A stretch of DNA of 64,000 bases, taken from contig DIUZ01000024.1 of the NCBI GenBank assembly GCA_002423205.1, positions 199,891 to 263,890 of the forward strand, in the 5' to 3' direction. The notes under the pieces were generated by a model. That model was not told where the DNA came from. It saw only the letters and a list, made by a program, of their open reading frames with translations, and did no database searches. A program made the position numbers and the translations under genes. Within the stretch, counting starts at the first letter, position 1, and every line of letters starts with the position of its first letter. Positions 44,945 through 53,567 of this stretch are shown here, in pieces. The stretch is from Micavibrio sp. UBA6145. Its GTDB lineage: Bacteria > Pseudomonadota > Alphaproteobacteria > Micavibrionales > UBA1664.

Positions 44945-45397
44945 ATGAAGCCCATGAGAATTGAAGGGCCTCGGTCCACTTCCGACGTTAAAAAGTCCGA
45001 CAAGGCCCGCAAATCCGGCGGGACAGGCGGCGCGTTCAGTGCCTTTCTGGATGAAGGCGGGGCGGAAACCGCCCCCCCGGCGCGGGGTGCAGCGCCCATG
45101 GGTGGTATTGGCAATCTTCTCGCCGTGCAGGGTGCGGATGATCCGACCGAGGGCAGAAAACGTAAAAAGATGATGGAGCGGGCGGACAAGGTCCTGACCG
45201 CGCTGGACGGCGTGCACCGGGGGCTGGTGAACGGCGACCTGTCGACCGTCCAGATGGACGAGGTTGGCCGCGCCGTGCGCGAAAACCGCGAAAATATCAA
45301 TGATCCCAGATTGTTGGCGATTCTGGACGAGGTGGATTTGCGGGCCCAGGTGGAGCTTGCCAAGCTCGAAATGGCCCGCGATAAAGCCAAATCATAA
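44945..45397 (+). CDS. fliX: Class II flagellar assembly regulator FliX
   Basis: Divergent from flgI as in Caulobacter. C-terminus DPRLLAILDEVDLRAQVELAKLE matches the FliX family pattern. Confidence 0.75.
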   Translation: MKPMRIEGPRSTSDVKKSDKARKSGGTGGAFSAFLDEGGAETAPPARGAAPMGGIGNLLAVQGADDPTEGRKRKKMMERADKVLTALDGVHRGLVNGDLSTVQMDEVGRAVRENRENINDPRLLAILDEVDLRAQVELAKLEMARDKAKS

Positions 45398-45436
45398 CAA
45401 AGGTTTAGATAAACGGGTGCAAACGCCTTGTTTCGC

Positions 45437-45465
45437 TTGCGGAATCACCCGACCATTTCTATATA
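45437..45465 (+). promoter_or_regulatory. Sigma-70-like promoter upstream of dksA
   Basis: TTGCGG-N17-TATATA, 34 bp upstream of ATG 45499. Confidence 0.3.
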
Positions 45466-45498
45466 TGTTGCCTTGATTCACCAGGGGGTTTTTGACCA

Positions 45499-45933
45499 AT
45501 GACCATGCCAAGCACTGTCACCGTCCCACCGGATTACGATCCGAAAAAGGACAAAGGCAAATTCATGAACCCAATTATGGGTGCCTACTTCAGAAAGAAG
45601 TTGATCGCCTGGCGCACCGAGCTATTGGCCGGATCGGAAGAGACGGTTCATAACACCCTTCAGAGCACCGAACTTCAAAAGCCGGATATTGCCGACCGTG
45701 CCGCCGCTGAAACGGATCACGCGCTGGAACTGCGCACCCGCGACCGTGAGCGCAAGCTGATCGGCAAGATCAACGAAGCGCTGATGCGCATCGATGACGG
45801 CAGCTATGGTTTCTGTGAAGAGACCGGCGAGCCGATCGCCGTGGCCCGCCTGGACGCCCGTCCGACGGCGACACTTTCGCTCGAAGCGCAAGAGAGGCAC
45901 GAGCGTCTGGAAAAAACGCATCGCGACGATTAA
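45499..45933 (+). CDS. dksA: RNA polymerase-binding transcription factor DksA (Cys-depleted variant)
   Basis: Coiled-coil region plus GSYGFCEETGEPIAVARLDARPTATLSLEAQ. Only one of the four canonical zinc-finger cysteines is present. Confidence 0.85.
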   Translation: MTMPSTVTVPPDYDPKKDKGKFMNPIMGAYFRKKLIAWRTELLAGSEETVHNTLQSTELQKPDIADRAAAETDHALELRTRDRERKLIGKINEALMRIDDGSYGFCEETGEPIAVARLDARPTATLSLEAQERHERLEKTHRDD

Positions 45934-46001
45934 TTAAATCTGGCGGCAACGCCGCCGGGGCGACGATTAATTCGCGTTATTTCCTAAGGAATAATCAAAC
46001 C

Positions 46002-46035
46002 AACCCGCACCAGCTTAGGAGGCGGGTTTGTTTTT
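46002..46035 (+). terminator. Rho-independent terminator after dksA
   Basis: Stem ACCCGC/GCGGGT (46003-08 / 46022-27) followed by TTTGTTTTT. Confidence 0.6.
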
Positions 46036-46195
46036 GCCTGAAATTTTTAAACTGCATTTGAGGCGCGTTCTTAAAGTGTTGCTTTAAAGATTTTGATTCA
46101 AAAGTATCACTTTAAAAGTAATGAATCTGAGTCTTTGGTTTAAGAGTGTCGCTTTAAAAGCGATGCTTCTAAAGTTCTGAATCAGTGATTCCGGT
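46036..46195. other. AT-rich, GANTC-dense, TTTAAA-repeat island between two convergent terminators
   Basis: 27% and 38% GC in the two 60-nt lines counted. Five GANTC sites in 97 bp. Five CT(T)TAAA(A)G motifs. Imperfect ~20-bp direct repeat at 46071-89 and 46140-60. Confidence 0.7.
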
Positions 46196-46229
46196 AAACA
46201 AAAAAGACCCCGCTTTTGAGGGCGGGGCC
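46196..46229 (-). terminator. Rho-independent terminator after flgH
   Basis: Stem CCCCGC/GCGGGG (46208-13 / 46222-27), followed on the minus strand by TCTTTTTGTTT. Confidence 0.7.
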
Positions 46230-46297
46230 AAGGCTTTGGGTCCTACTGGAGAAAAAACTTTTGGGTTTGCGCGAGCCGCCACGCCAACCCTCGCGCG

Positions 46298-47056
46298 TTA
46301 GAATGGTGAAATTACGTCCAGAACCTGCTGGCCGTAACGCGGCTGCTGGATGTCGGTGATCTGGCCGCGGCCGCCGTATGAGATGCGGGCTTCGGCAATT
46401 TTTTCGTACGGGATCGTGTTTTCGATCGAGATGTCTTCGGGGCGGATGACGCCGGTGACGTTCAGGACGCGATTTTCGAAGTTCACGCGCACTTCCTGGT
46501 TGCCGGTGATGACCATGTTGCCGTTGGGCAGGATCTGGTTCACGGTCGCGGCGACCTTCAGTTTGATGTCTTCATTGCGTTTGACTTCGCCTTTGCCCGC
46601 GTTGGACGAGGCGGTTTCGCCGCCGATCAGGGCCGCCGGGTTCACGCCGTTCGGGAGGATCTTGTCGAGATAGCCTTCAAATCCAAGAGCGTTGGTCAGG
46701 GCCGAATCTTCGGTTGCGCTGCGGTCGCGCTTGGTTTCGTTCTTCATGTTGGCTTCATCGGCGATGTCGATGTTCACGGTCAGGATGTCACCGATATCCT
46801 TGGCGCGCTGGTCCTTGAAGAATGTTTTGCGGCTGCCCCCGGCCCAGAGCGAGTTGGGCTGGCGTTCGGTGAGTTCGGGCGCCGGCATCGGCATGCTGAC
46901 CGGGCGGTAACCGGGTACGGCGGTCGGGTTCTGGATGGCGGACTGGCGCGGAACTTCGCCAATGCTGGCCAGGCGGTCGACGGCGTTGCAGGCGCTTAAA
47001 GACAGGGCCGTCAGGGTGCCGAGGGTCAGAAGTTTGAATGTTTTCAGGTGTTTCAT
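46298..47056 (-). CDS. flgH: Flagellar L-ring lipoprotein FlgH
   Basis: ORF trimmed to ATG 47056 (GAGGA Shine-Dalgarno upstream). Lipobox LSLSAC. Typical FlgH C-terminal two thirds. Confidence 0.9.
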   Translation of the reverse strand: MKHLKTFKLLTLGTLTALSLSACNAVDRLASIGEVPRQSAIQNPTAVPGYRPVSMPMPAPELTERQPNSLWAGGSRKTFFKDQRAKDIGDILTVNIDIADEANMKNETKRDRSATEDSALTNALGFEGYLDKILPNGVNPAALIGGETASSNAGKGEVKRNEDIKLKVAATVNQILPNGNMVITGNQEVRVNFENRVLNVTGVIRPEDISIENTIPYEKIAEARISYGGRGQITDIQQPRYGQQVLDVISPF

Positions 47057-47067
47057 AGCGCACATCC

Positions 47068-48072
47068 TCAATTAACGGTGATTTGTTTGGTCCCGGTCAC
47101 ACGTCCCTCGATCGTGCGGTTGGACCCTGAATTGGAGACTTTGATGCTCTGGCCCATGGCGCCGTCTTCGAGGGCGCGGCCCTTGGTAGTCAGGCGCATG
47201 CCGTTATTGTCGAACACCATGGTCACCATTTCACCGCGCGATACCATTTGGGGCATCTGAAGGTCGTTCGGGCTGATCACCACACCGGCGGCAATAGCGC
47301 GGCGGGGGGTGGAACCGATCATTTCGCCGGCGCTCTGGATCACGTTCGGACCAACGGTCGATGCCTTGCGGGTGACATAGGCGATATCGTTCTGGTTGAT
47401 GACTTCGCCGTTGCGCTTGTCCTTTTTAAGGACGGGGACGCTGACGACGCGCTCGGCGACGCCGCGGACATTGACGGTCTGCTGGTTTTTGCCGTCGGCA
47501 TCCGACACCTTGATGATGGCCGAATATGTGCCGCCAACCGGCTGCATGTTGAAGTCGGTGACATCGACGCGCGGGGTGCCGTTATTGGGGATGATGATCT
47601 GCGGCACCTCGGATGTGACGCTGATATTGTACATCGCGGGGTCGCCTGATTCTGTCAAATGATCACGCAGGATCGATTTGATCGTGCCGCTATCCACGAT
47701 CGACGCGTCGCGGCGGATACGGACCTGATCGTCACCCTGCGGACGCCACGGCATATCAAAGGCCGTGGCAATGCGCAGCAATGTGGCCGAATTCCAGACC
47801 AGTTCTTCACCCGGTTGCGGGGCGGGGGCGAGGACGAATTCCGCGTTTTGCGACACGCCTTCGAAAACATCGCCCAGGGTGACGTTATGCCCTTTGACCG
47901 CAACATCGGCACGCGGCACGGGGTTGAGCGGGCCCGCGAACGCCTTGTTCGCACCGCAAATCACGATACCAGCCACGACCGTGAGGGCGAGGATGATCAC
48001 CAGAAGCTTGCCGGCCAGATGGGCGGAAAGCTCGTTGGGATTTGTGCGTTTGAACGTGGCGGTGGCGGTCAT
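47068..48072 (-). CDS. flgA: P-ring assembly chaperone FlgA (long form)
   Basis: C-terminal SAF-type region VSRGEMVTMVFDNNGMRLTTKGRALEDGAMGQSIKVSNSGSNRTIEGRV. 334 aa. Confidence 0.7.
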   Translation of the reverse strand: MTATATFKRTNPNELSAHLAGKLLVIILALTVVAGIVICGANKAFAGPLNPVPRADVAVKGHNVTLGDVFEGVSQNAEFVLAPAPQPGEELVWNSATLLRIATAFDMPWRPQGDDQVRIRRDASIVDSGTIKSILRDHLTESGDPAMYNISVTSEVPQIIIPNNGTPRVDVTDFNMQPVGGTYSAIIKVSDADGKNQQTVNVRGVAERVVSVPVLKKDKRNGEVINQNDIAYVTRKASTVGPNVIQSAGEMIGSTPRRAIAAGVVISPNDLQMPQMVSRGEMVTMVFDNNGMRLTTKGRALEDGAMGQSIKVSNSGSNRTIEGRVTGTKQITVN

Positions 48073-48107
48073 GTCAGACTCCGTTGCTGCGTTATTAAGG
48101 GTTTTTG

Positions 48108-48893
48108 TTATCTAAGCTGGGTCAGGGTGCCGAGCATGTCGTCCGAGGTCTGGATGACCTTGGAATTCATCTCGTATGCGCGCTGGGCGGTGATCAGCGT
48201 GGTGATTTCATCGACCACGTTGACGTTGGATGCCTCGCGGGCACCCTGTTGAATGGCGCCAAAGCCGACATCGGTGGGGTTGCCGACGGTGGGCGTGCCC
48301 GATGCGTCGGTTTCCAGCAGGATGTTACCGCCGACCGCTTCAAGACCCGCGTCGTTCTGGAAGACCGCGATCTGGATCTGGCCGATCTGCTGGGTCGCAA
48401 TCGTGCCGGGGACTTTCACCTGGACCATGCCGTCTTCAGAAATGTCGACCTGGGTCGCGTCCGCCGGAACGGTGATGCCCGGTTCCAGAGGGTAGCCGTC
48501 GAGGTTAACGATTTCGCCGTCGCCGTTGAGCGAGAAGGAACCGTCACGGCTGTAGCCGATGCTGCCGTCCGGCATGCTGATCTGGAAGTAGCCGCGACCG
48601 GCGATGGCCATGTCATAGGTGTTGCCGGTGATGGACATCGGGCCCTGTTCATTGATGCGGTAGATCGAACCCGGTTTGACGCCGAGGCCGACCTGGATGC
48701 CCGAAGGCAGGACTGTGCCGACCGACGACGACGTAATGCCGGGGCGGGTCTTGTTCTGGTACATCAGGTCCTGAAACTGAGCGCGCTGACGTTTAAAGCC
48801 GGTTGTGGTCATGTTGGCGATGTTGTTGGAAATGGTATCCACATTCATCTGCTGGGCCAGCATGCCGGTGGCTGCGATATCAAGGGAAAGCAT
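48108..48893 (-). CDS. flgG: Distal rod protein FlgG
   Basis: SNNIANMTTTGFKR N-terminus and LITAQRAYEMNSKVIQTSDDMLGTLTQLR C-terminus. Confidence 0.95.
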   Translation of the reverse strand: MLSLDIAATGMLAQQMNVDTISNNIANMTTTGFKRQRAQFQDLMYQNKTRPGITSSSVGTVLPSGIQVGLGVKPGSIYRINEQGPMSITGNTYDMAIAGRGYFQISMPDGSIGYSRDGSFSLNGDGEIVNLDGYPLEPGITVPADATQVDISEDGMVQVKVPGTIATQQIGQIQIAVFQNDAGLEAVGGNILLETDASGTPTVGNPTDVGFGAIQQGAREASNVNVVDEITTLITAQRAYEMNSKVIQTSDDMLGTLTQLR

Positions 48894-48946
48894 GTTTTTA
48901 TCTCCTGTAGTCTTTTAAATTCTGATCAAAATTTGCTGCGTTTATC

Positions 48947-49672
48947 TTATGATGGGCTGGTCAGTGTTTTAATGGTTGAGCGGACGCGGTCGTGTTCGTT
49001 CTGCATCATTTTGGCCACGCTCTGGTAGCTGCGGGATACGTCGATCATGTCGGTCATCTCAAGGACGCCCTGGGTATTGGACCCTTCCAGTGCGTTCTGG
49101 ATGACCTTGGTTTTTTCAGCCGGGATACCGGCGTCTCTGGCCTGGTACAGGCCTTCGCCAAACGGCGTCAGGGTCTGGATATTGGCGAATTCGGTGACCA
49201 TCAGGTTGCCGACGGTGCCGTCCATCGTGGCGATGGAACCGGTGGCGTCGATTTTGATGTCGCGGCTGCCGGGTGGGACGGAAATCGGTGCGCCGCCGCC
49301 GTCCAGTACCTTGTACCCCTGCTGGGTGACAAGATTGCCTTCGGTATCAAGGCCGAACGAGCCGGCGCGGGTATACATGGTTTTTCCGCCCGGTCCCTGA
49401 ACACCCAGGTAACCCGGACCTTCGAGTGCCACGTCCAGCGGGTTGCCGGTCAGTTTGACCGGACCGTTGGCGGCGACGCGGAAATTGCCGTAGTCCTCAA
49501 CCATGGAAAGGGTTTCTTTCATGGTCTTGGGTTTGTCGAGGTATTCAGCGAACACCATCTTGCCGGCCTTGAAGCCCGGCGTGTTGATGTTGGCGATGTT
49601 GTTCGCGATCATGTCCATGTGGGACTGGAGCGCGGTTAATCGCGAAAGGCCGATGTAAATGGTATTTTCCAT
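48947..49672 (-). CDS. flgF: Proximal rod protein FlgF
   Basis: ANNIANINTPGFK N-terminus and SRSYQSVAKMMQNEHD C-terminus. 241 aa. Confidence 0.9.
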   Translation of the reverse strand: MENTIYIGLSRLTALQSHMDMIANNIANINTPGFKAGKMVFAEYLDKPKTMKETLSMVEDYGNFRVAANGPVKLTGNPLDVALEGPGYLGVQGPGGKTMYTRAGSFGLDTEGNLVTQQGYKVLDGGGAPISVPPGSRDIKIDATGSIATMDGTVGNLMVTEFANIQTLTPFGEGLYQARDAGIPAEKTKVIQNALEGSNTQGVLEMTDMIDVSRSYQSVAKMMQNEHDRVRSTIKTLTSPS

Positions 49673-49705
49673 GGTGGTCCCGTATTTTTATCTCGGTTAT
49701 CTCTT

Positions 49706-49721
49706 TGCACAGGGCGTGCCA
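49706..49721 (-). promoter_or_regulatory. Sigma-54 promoter of the flgF-flgG-flgA-flgH operon
   Basis: Minus strand reads TGGCAC-gccct-GTGCA (GG-N10-GC), 34 bp upstream of ATG 49672. Confidence 0.6.
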
Positions 49722-49944
49722 GCGTGATTTTGTTCATGTTTTCAATGGGTTTTTCCGCTCCATCCGGTGGTGTGACATTGTCTGTCCCGAGTCGTTGAGG
49801 GGGCGTGCAGGCGGAAGTATGGAAAAAATTGCCTGACGTTGACGCGACGTCGCCTTGCGCCAGTCTGTTGGCGGCTTTTACGGCACAAGGCTTTGTGTTA
49901 ACCTTTTCGATACAAGCAGGATTTCTCCTCAAGGACCCTCGATC

Positions 49945-50529
49945 ATGGCCAAAAAAGACGACGCCGAAACCAAACCAGCAGCCCCCGCAGCCGAAGGCGC
50001 GGAAGGCGAAGTGAAGCCTTTAGACGATGAAGGCAAAGGCTTCGGTGCCAAGAAGCTGTTGCTTATCATTGTGCCTGTGATCCTGATCGGTGTCGGTGCC
50101 GCCCTGTATTTCACGGGTGTGATTGGCGGCAAGAAAGACGCCGGTGCCGAGGGCGAACATGCCGCCGCCAGTGCCGAGGGTGGTGAAGCTGCCGAAGGCG
50201 GCGAGGGCAAAGGCCAGGCTGCGGGTCCGCAGTTCATGGAATTGCCCGATCTTCTGGTCAACCTGTCCGGCGCGGGTGGCCCGGCACGGTTCCTGAAACT
50301 CAAAGTGAAGCTTGAGGTGGCCAGCGCGGCTGACCTTGAGGCCCTGACGGCGGTCGCTCCGCGCGTAATCGACCAGTTCCAGACATTCCTGCGCGAGATG
50401 CGGGTCCAGGACCTGCGCGGGTCTGCCGGTATTTACAGATTGCGGCAGGAGCTGCTGTACCGCGTCAACCTCGCGGCCCAGCCGGTCAAGGTCAGGGACG
50501 TCCTTTTCCAGGAAATCCTGATCCAGTAA
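49945..50529 (+). CDS. fliL: Flagellar basal-body-associated protein FliL
   Basis: ORF trimmed to ATG 49945 (MAKKDD...). Single TM. C-terminal FLKLKVKLEVAS...QELLYRVN...VRDVLFQEILIQ pattern. Confidence 0.85.
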   Translation: MAKKDDAETKPAAPAAEGAEGEVKPLDDEGKGFGAKKLLLIIVPVILIGVGAALYFTGVIGGKKDAGAEGEHAAASAEGGEAAEGGEGKGQAAGPQFMELPDLLVNLSGAGGPARFLKLKVKLEVASAADLEALTAVAPRVIDQFQTFLREMRVQDLRGSAGIYRLRQELLYRVNLAAQPVKVRDVLFQEILIQ

Positions 50530-50558
50530 CGGACACGTTTTAGGAATTTCCGCTTTGT

Positions 50559-50574
50559 TGGCATGATTTGTGCT
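50559..50574 (+). promoter_or_regulatory. Sigma-54-like promoter in the fliL-fliM spacer
   Basis: TGGCAT-gattt-GTGCT (GG-N10-GC), 42 bp upstream of the fliM ATG 50616. Confidence 0.45.
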
Positions 50575-50580
50575 ATATTG

Positions 50581-50594
50581 TTAACGAACATTAA
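50581..50594. promoter_or_regulatory. TTAAC-N5-TTAAC direct repeat just downstream of the fliM sigma-54-like element
   Basis: TTAACgaacaTTAAC read directly. Same 10-bp phasing as the sites upstream of ctrA and fliF. Confidence 0.3.
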
Positions 50595-50615
50595 CGCGCA
50601 ACCTGTGCAAGAATA

Positions 50616-51743
50616 ATGGCCGACACCGAAACACCGCCAGCCGCAGCCGCCGATGGGACCGCCGATGGTCCGATGAGCGAAGAAGAACAAGCCATGATGG
50701 CCGAATGGGACGCCATGGCTTCGCAGGCATTGGGTGTGGATGGCAAACCACTCGGCGCCGATACCGATGACGGTGGTGGCACCCGTATCCTCAATCAGGA
50801 CGAAATCGATTCCCTTCTGGGCTTTAACGATGCCTCCGGCCAGGAGCAGGCATCGGGCGTCATGGCGCTCATCAACTCGGCGCTGGTCAATTATGAGCGC
50901 CTGCCGATGCTCGACATCGTGTTCGACCGACTGGTCCGACTCATGTCTACGTCTTTACGTAACCTGACATCAGACAACGTTGAAGTTTCCCTCGACCAGG
51001 TGTCGACGGTGCGCTTTGGCGACTACATGAATTCGATCCCGCTGCCTGCCATGCTTTCCATATTTAAAGCAGAGGAGTGGGATAACGGTGGTCTGCTGAT
51101 GGTCGACTCGGCACTGATCTATTCCATCGTCGACGTTCTTCTGGGTGGCCGAAAGGGCACCCCGGCGATCCGGATTGAGGGTCGCCCATACACCACGATT
51201 GAGACCAAACTGATCGAGCGCATGGTCGGCGTTGTCATGTCTGACATGTCGTCGGCCTTCGATCCGTTGTCGCCCGTCAGCTTCACGATGGAGCGGATGG
51301 AAACCAACCCACGCTTTGCCGCAATCACCCAGGGATCGAATGCGTGTGTCCTCGCGCGGCTGCGTATCGACATGGGTGACCGGGGCGGCCGGGTGGAGAT
51401 TTTGCTCCCCTATGCCACGCTTGAGCCGATCCGCGAACTGCTCCTCCAGATGTTCATGGGTGAGAAGTTCGGACGTGACTCGATTTGGGAAACTCACCTC
51501 ACTAACGAATTGTATTCAACGGATATTGACCTTCAGGCGGTGCTTGCAGAGAAGACCGTTCCGCTTGGTGAACTGCTCAACTGGAAGCCCGGTTCGACCG
51601 TGTTTTTTAACACGAGACCCAAAGACCGGATTGAAGTCCGCTGTGGTCAGTTCCCGATGTTCAAGGCATCGACCGGCCAGAAGCAGGGCATGCTCGCGGT
51701 GCGAATCGACAAGTACATTCCGCCCGCGAAGAAGTCTGAGTAA
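50616..51743 (+). CDS. fliM: Flagellar motor switch protein FliM
   Basis: N-terminal CheY-P-binding-type motif ILNQDEIDSLLGF, with FliM middle and SpoA-like C-terminal regions. Confidence 0.9.
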   Translation: MADTETPPAAAADGTADGPMSEEEQAMMAEWDAMASQALGVDGKPLGADTDDGGGTRILNQDEIDSLLGFNDASGQEQASGVMALINSALVNYERLPMLDIVFDRLVRLMSTSLRNLTSDNVEVSLDQVSTVRFGDYMNSIPLPAMLSIFKAEEWDNGGLLMVDSALIYSIVDVLLGGRKGTPAIRIEGRPYTTIETKLIERMVGVVMSDMSSAFDPLSPVSFTMERMETNPRFAAITQGSNACVLARLRIDMGDRGGRVEILLPYATLEPIRELLLQMFMGEKFGRDSIWETHLTNELYSTDIDLQAVLAEKTVPLGELLNWKPGSTVFFNTRPKDRIEVRCGQFPMFKASTGQKQGMLAVRIDKYIPPAKKSE

Positions 51744-51794
51744 GACATCTCTATACCGCTTGTAAGACTAGCCATAACGTTCTAGCTTTCATTT

Positions 51795-52463
51795 ATGGAA
51801 GGCGCGCCCGTATCCCTGATTCTTGATGTCATTGTCGTGGTCCTGCTGGGCCTGACGATCGTCTATGCTGCGCGTCTTAGTCTCCAGCTGCGCCGTCTGC
51901 GCGATTCCAAATCCGATCTTGATAAAGTGGTCCGCGACCTGGTGAAGAACCTGGACCGGGCCGACCGCGCCATTAGTGGTCTGAAAGAAGCCGCCCGGGA
52001 ATCGGGTACCGATCTCCAGAACGCCGTCGACAAGGCTATGGCCCTGTCGGATGAGCTTCAGCTGATTACGGATAGCGGCGACCGTCTGGCATCGCGTCTT
52101 GAATCCCTGGTCGCTGCCGGCCGTCCGCTCGCGGCACCCCTTAATACGCCACAGTCGGCCCCGACGCCCAAGACTATCGTTGAACCCAGCAAGTCCGGCG
52201 CTGACCGGCGTTCTGGTCAGGATAGTCAGCAAGCAAATTCGCCTCAGGGCGTTCAGGCATCCTATGCCCAGCACCTGCGCAAGCTGGATGCCGGCATTGT
52301 GGCACCTTCCAATGCCCCTGTTTCAGGTGGGCCTTTCTCTATCCGCGACCCGGATGCTGAACGCGGGATCGACCCGCTGGACACCGCCGAGGACGAAAGC
52401 CTGTATTCCGAAGCTGAGCGCGATCTGTTCCGCGCCATGAAAAGCCGCGGCCGTCCCAGATAA
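51795..52463 (+). CDS. Hypothetical membrane-anchored coiled-coil protein
   Basis: N-terminal TM (LILDVIVVVLLGLTIVYAA), then a coiled coil. Co-oriented 51 bp after fliM. No recognised motif. Confidence 0.5.
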   Translation: MEGAPVSLILDVIVVVLLGLTIVYAARLSLQLRRLRDSKSDLDKVVRDLVKNLDRADRAISGLKEAARESGTDLQNAVDKAMALSDELQLITDSGDRLASRLESLVAAGRPLAAPLNTPQSAPTPKTIVEPSKSGADRRSGQDSQQANSPQGVQASYAQHLRKLDAGIVAPSNAPVSGGPFSIRDPDAERGIDPLDTAEDESLYSEAERDLFRAMKSRGRPR

Positions 52464-52536
52464 CATTTTGGCGGATGGTTTCCTAAGACCGGCCTGACAA
52501 GTCTCCACCCCATCACATGGGTATGATAGAATTTCT

Positions 52537-53415
52537 ATGATGAACGATTTTCTCACCCGTTTTCGTATCCTGCCGCTTCTGGTTCTGGTCGCCCTGCTTG
52601 CCTTTGGCCTGCGCCTGGGAGAGACCGTTACGGATGTGAAGGATATGACTGCCTCGGCCCTGGCCGAAGTCCAACCGGCCGCCGGTGAAGCGCCGAAGAC
52701 GGAAGGGGCGGCTCCCCTGGCGACACCCCCCGGTGACAAATCCAAGACCGAAGCCCCGACTGATATCACCGGCGCTGTTCTTCCGGCGTCGGGGGACGAG
52801 CCCCAGCCGTCCAGGGACAATGCCCCGAAAGTGACCCTGCCGGACCCGAATGCATCCCTGCCGGAAGTGTGGGCCGACCCCGCCAGCCAGTCGATGTCCG
52901 ATTCCCCGGAGCAGATGCAGCTTCTGGCCGATCTCGCCAAGCGCCGCCAGCAACTGGACGCGCGGGAGAAGCTTCTGGATACCCGTGAGGCGCTGATGAA
53001 GGCGTCTGAGAAACAGATCGATACCAAGCTGGCCGAGATGGGTCAGCTCAAATCCCAGATCGAGGGCCTTCTGGGTAAGCAGCAGGCTGAACAGACTTCC
53101 AAGATCACCAGCCTGGTTAAAATCTATGAGCAGATGAAGCCGAAAGAGGCGGCGGCGATCTTCAACCAGATGGACATGAATATCCTTCTGCAGGTCGTGT
53201 CCAAAATGGCGGAGCGTAAAAGTGCACCGATCATGGCAGCCATGGAGACCGCAAAGGCGAACGAGTTGAGCGTGCGTCTGACCGAAATGAACAAGCTGCC
53301 AGAACGCCGCCCGCAACCGACGGGCTTTCGCGGTGCCAATACCGGTGCGCCGGTTCCGACGGCCGCCCCTGCGGGATCGGCCTCATTGCCCGGTCTCGAC
53401 GCGCTTGGGCAGTAA
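52537..53415 (+). CDS. MotE-like protein (MgtE_N-type domain)
   Basis: N-terminal TM/signal, coiled coil, then KIYEQMKPKEAAAIFNQMDMNILLQVVSKMAERKSAPIMAAM, an MgtE-N/MotE-type helical motif. Confidence 0.6.
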   Translation: MMNDFLTRFRILPLLVLVALLAFGLRLGETVTDVKDMTASALAEVQPAAGEAPKTEGAAPLATPPGDKSKTEAPTDITGAVLPASGDEPQPSRDNAPKVTLPDPNASLPEVWADPASQSMSDSPEQMQLLADLAKRRQQLDAREKLLDTREALMKASEKQIDTKLAEMGQLKSQIEGLLGKQQAEQTSKITSLVKIYEQMKPKEAAAIFNQMDMNILLQVVSKMAERKSAPIMAAMETAKANELSVRLTEMNKLPERRPQPTGFRGANTGAPVPTAAPAGSASLPGLDALGQ

Positions 53416-53567
53416 GGTATTTCCCTAACTTATCCTGTTGAGCATAGTTGCATGTGTTGGCGTGTTTTCTTCATGACGTTTTAACCAAATCGCGGCACAC
53501 TTACGCTTCAAAGGTGCTGATTTCCGGCCCTTTTTCGTAATTCCACTAATTCTTCCGGGGTTTTTTT

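Noticed and set aside
46047-46157. TTAA pairs in the AT-rich island as CtrA boxes
   Set aside because: The TTAA start-to-start distances there (13, 14 and larger) do not match either the 11-bp canonical or the 10-bp local phasing.
49818-49834. Possible sigma-54 promoter for fliL (TGGAAAaaattGCC)
   Set aside because: Only 8 nt separate GG and GC instead of 10. A second candidate (CGGCACaaggcTTTGT at 49881-97) lacks the -12 GC. The fliL promoter remains unassigned.
52323-53316. Minus-strand ORFs of 234 and 267 aa
   Set aside because: They are antisense to the MotE-like gene, which has a TM anchor and a recognisable MgtE-N-type motif and is collinear with fliL-fliM.
53493-53508. Sigma-54-like word upstream of cheY (CGGCAC...CGC)
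   Set aside because: The spacing is GG-N9-GC, 1 bp short, and sigma-54 promoters rarely tolerate this.
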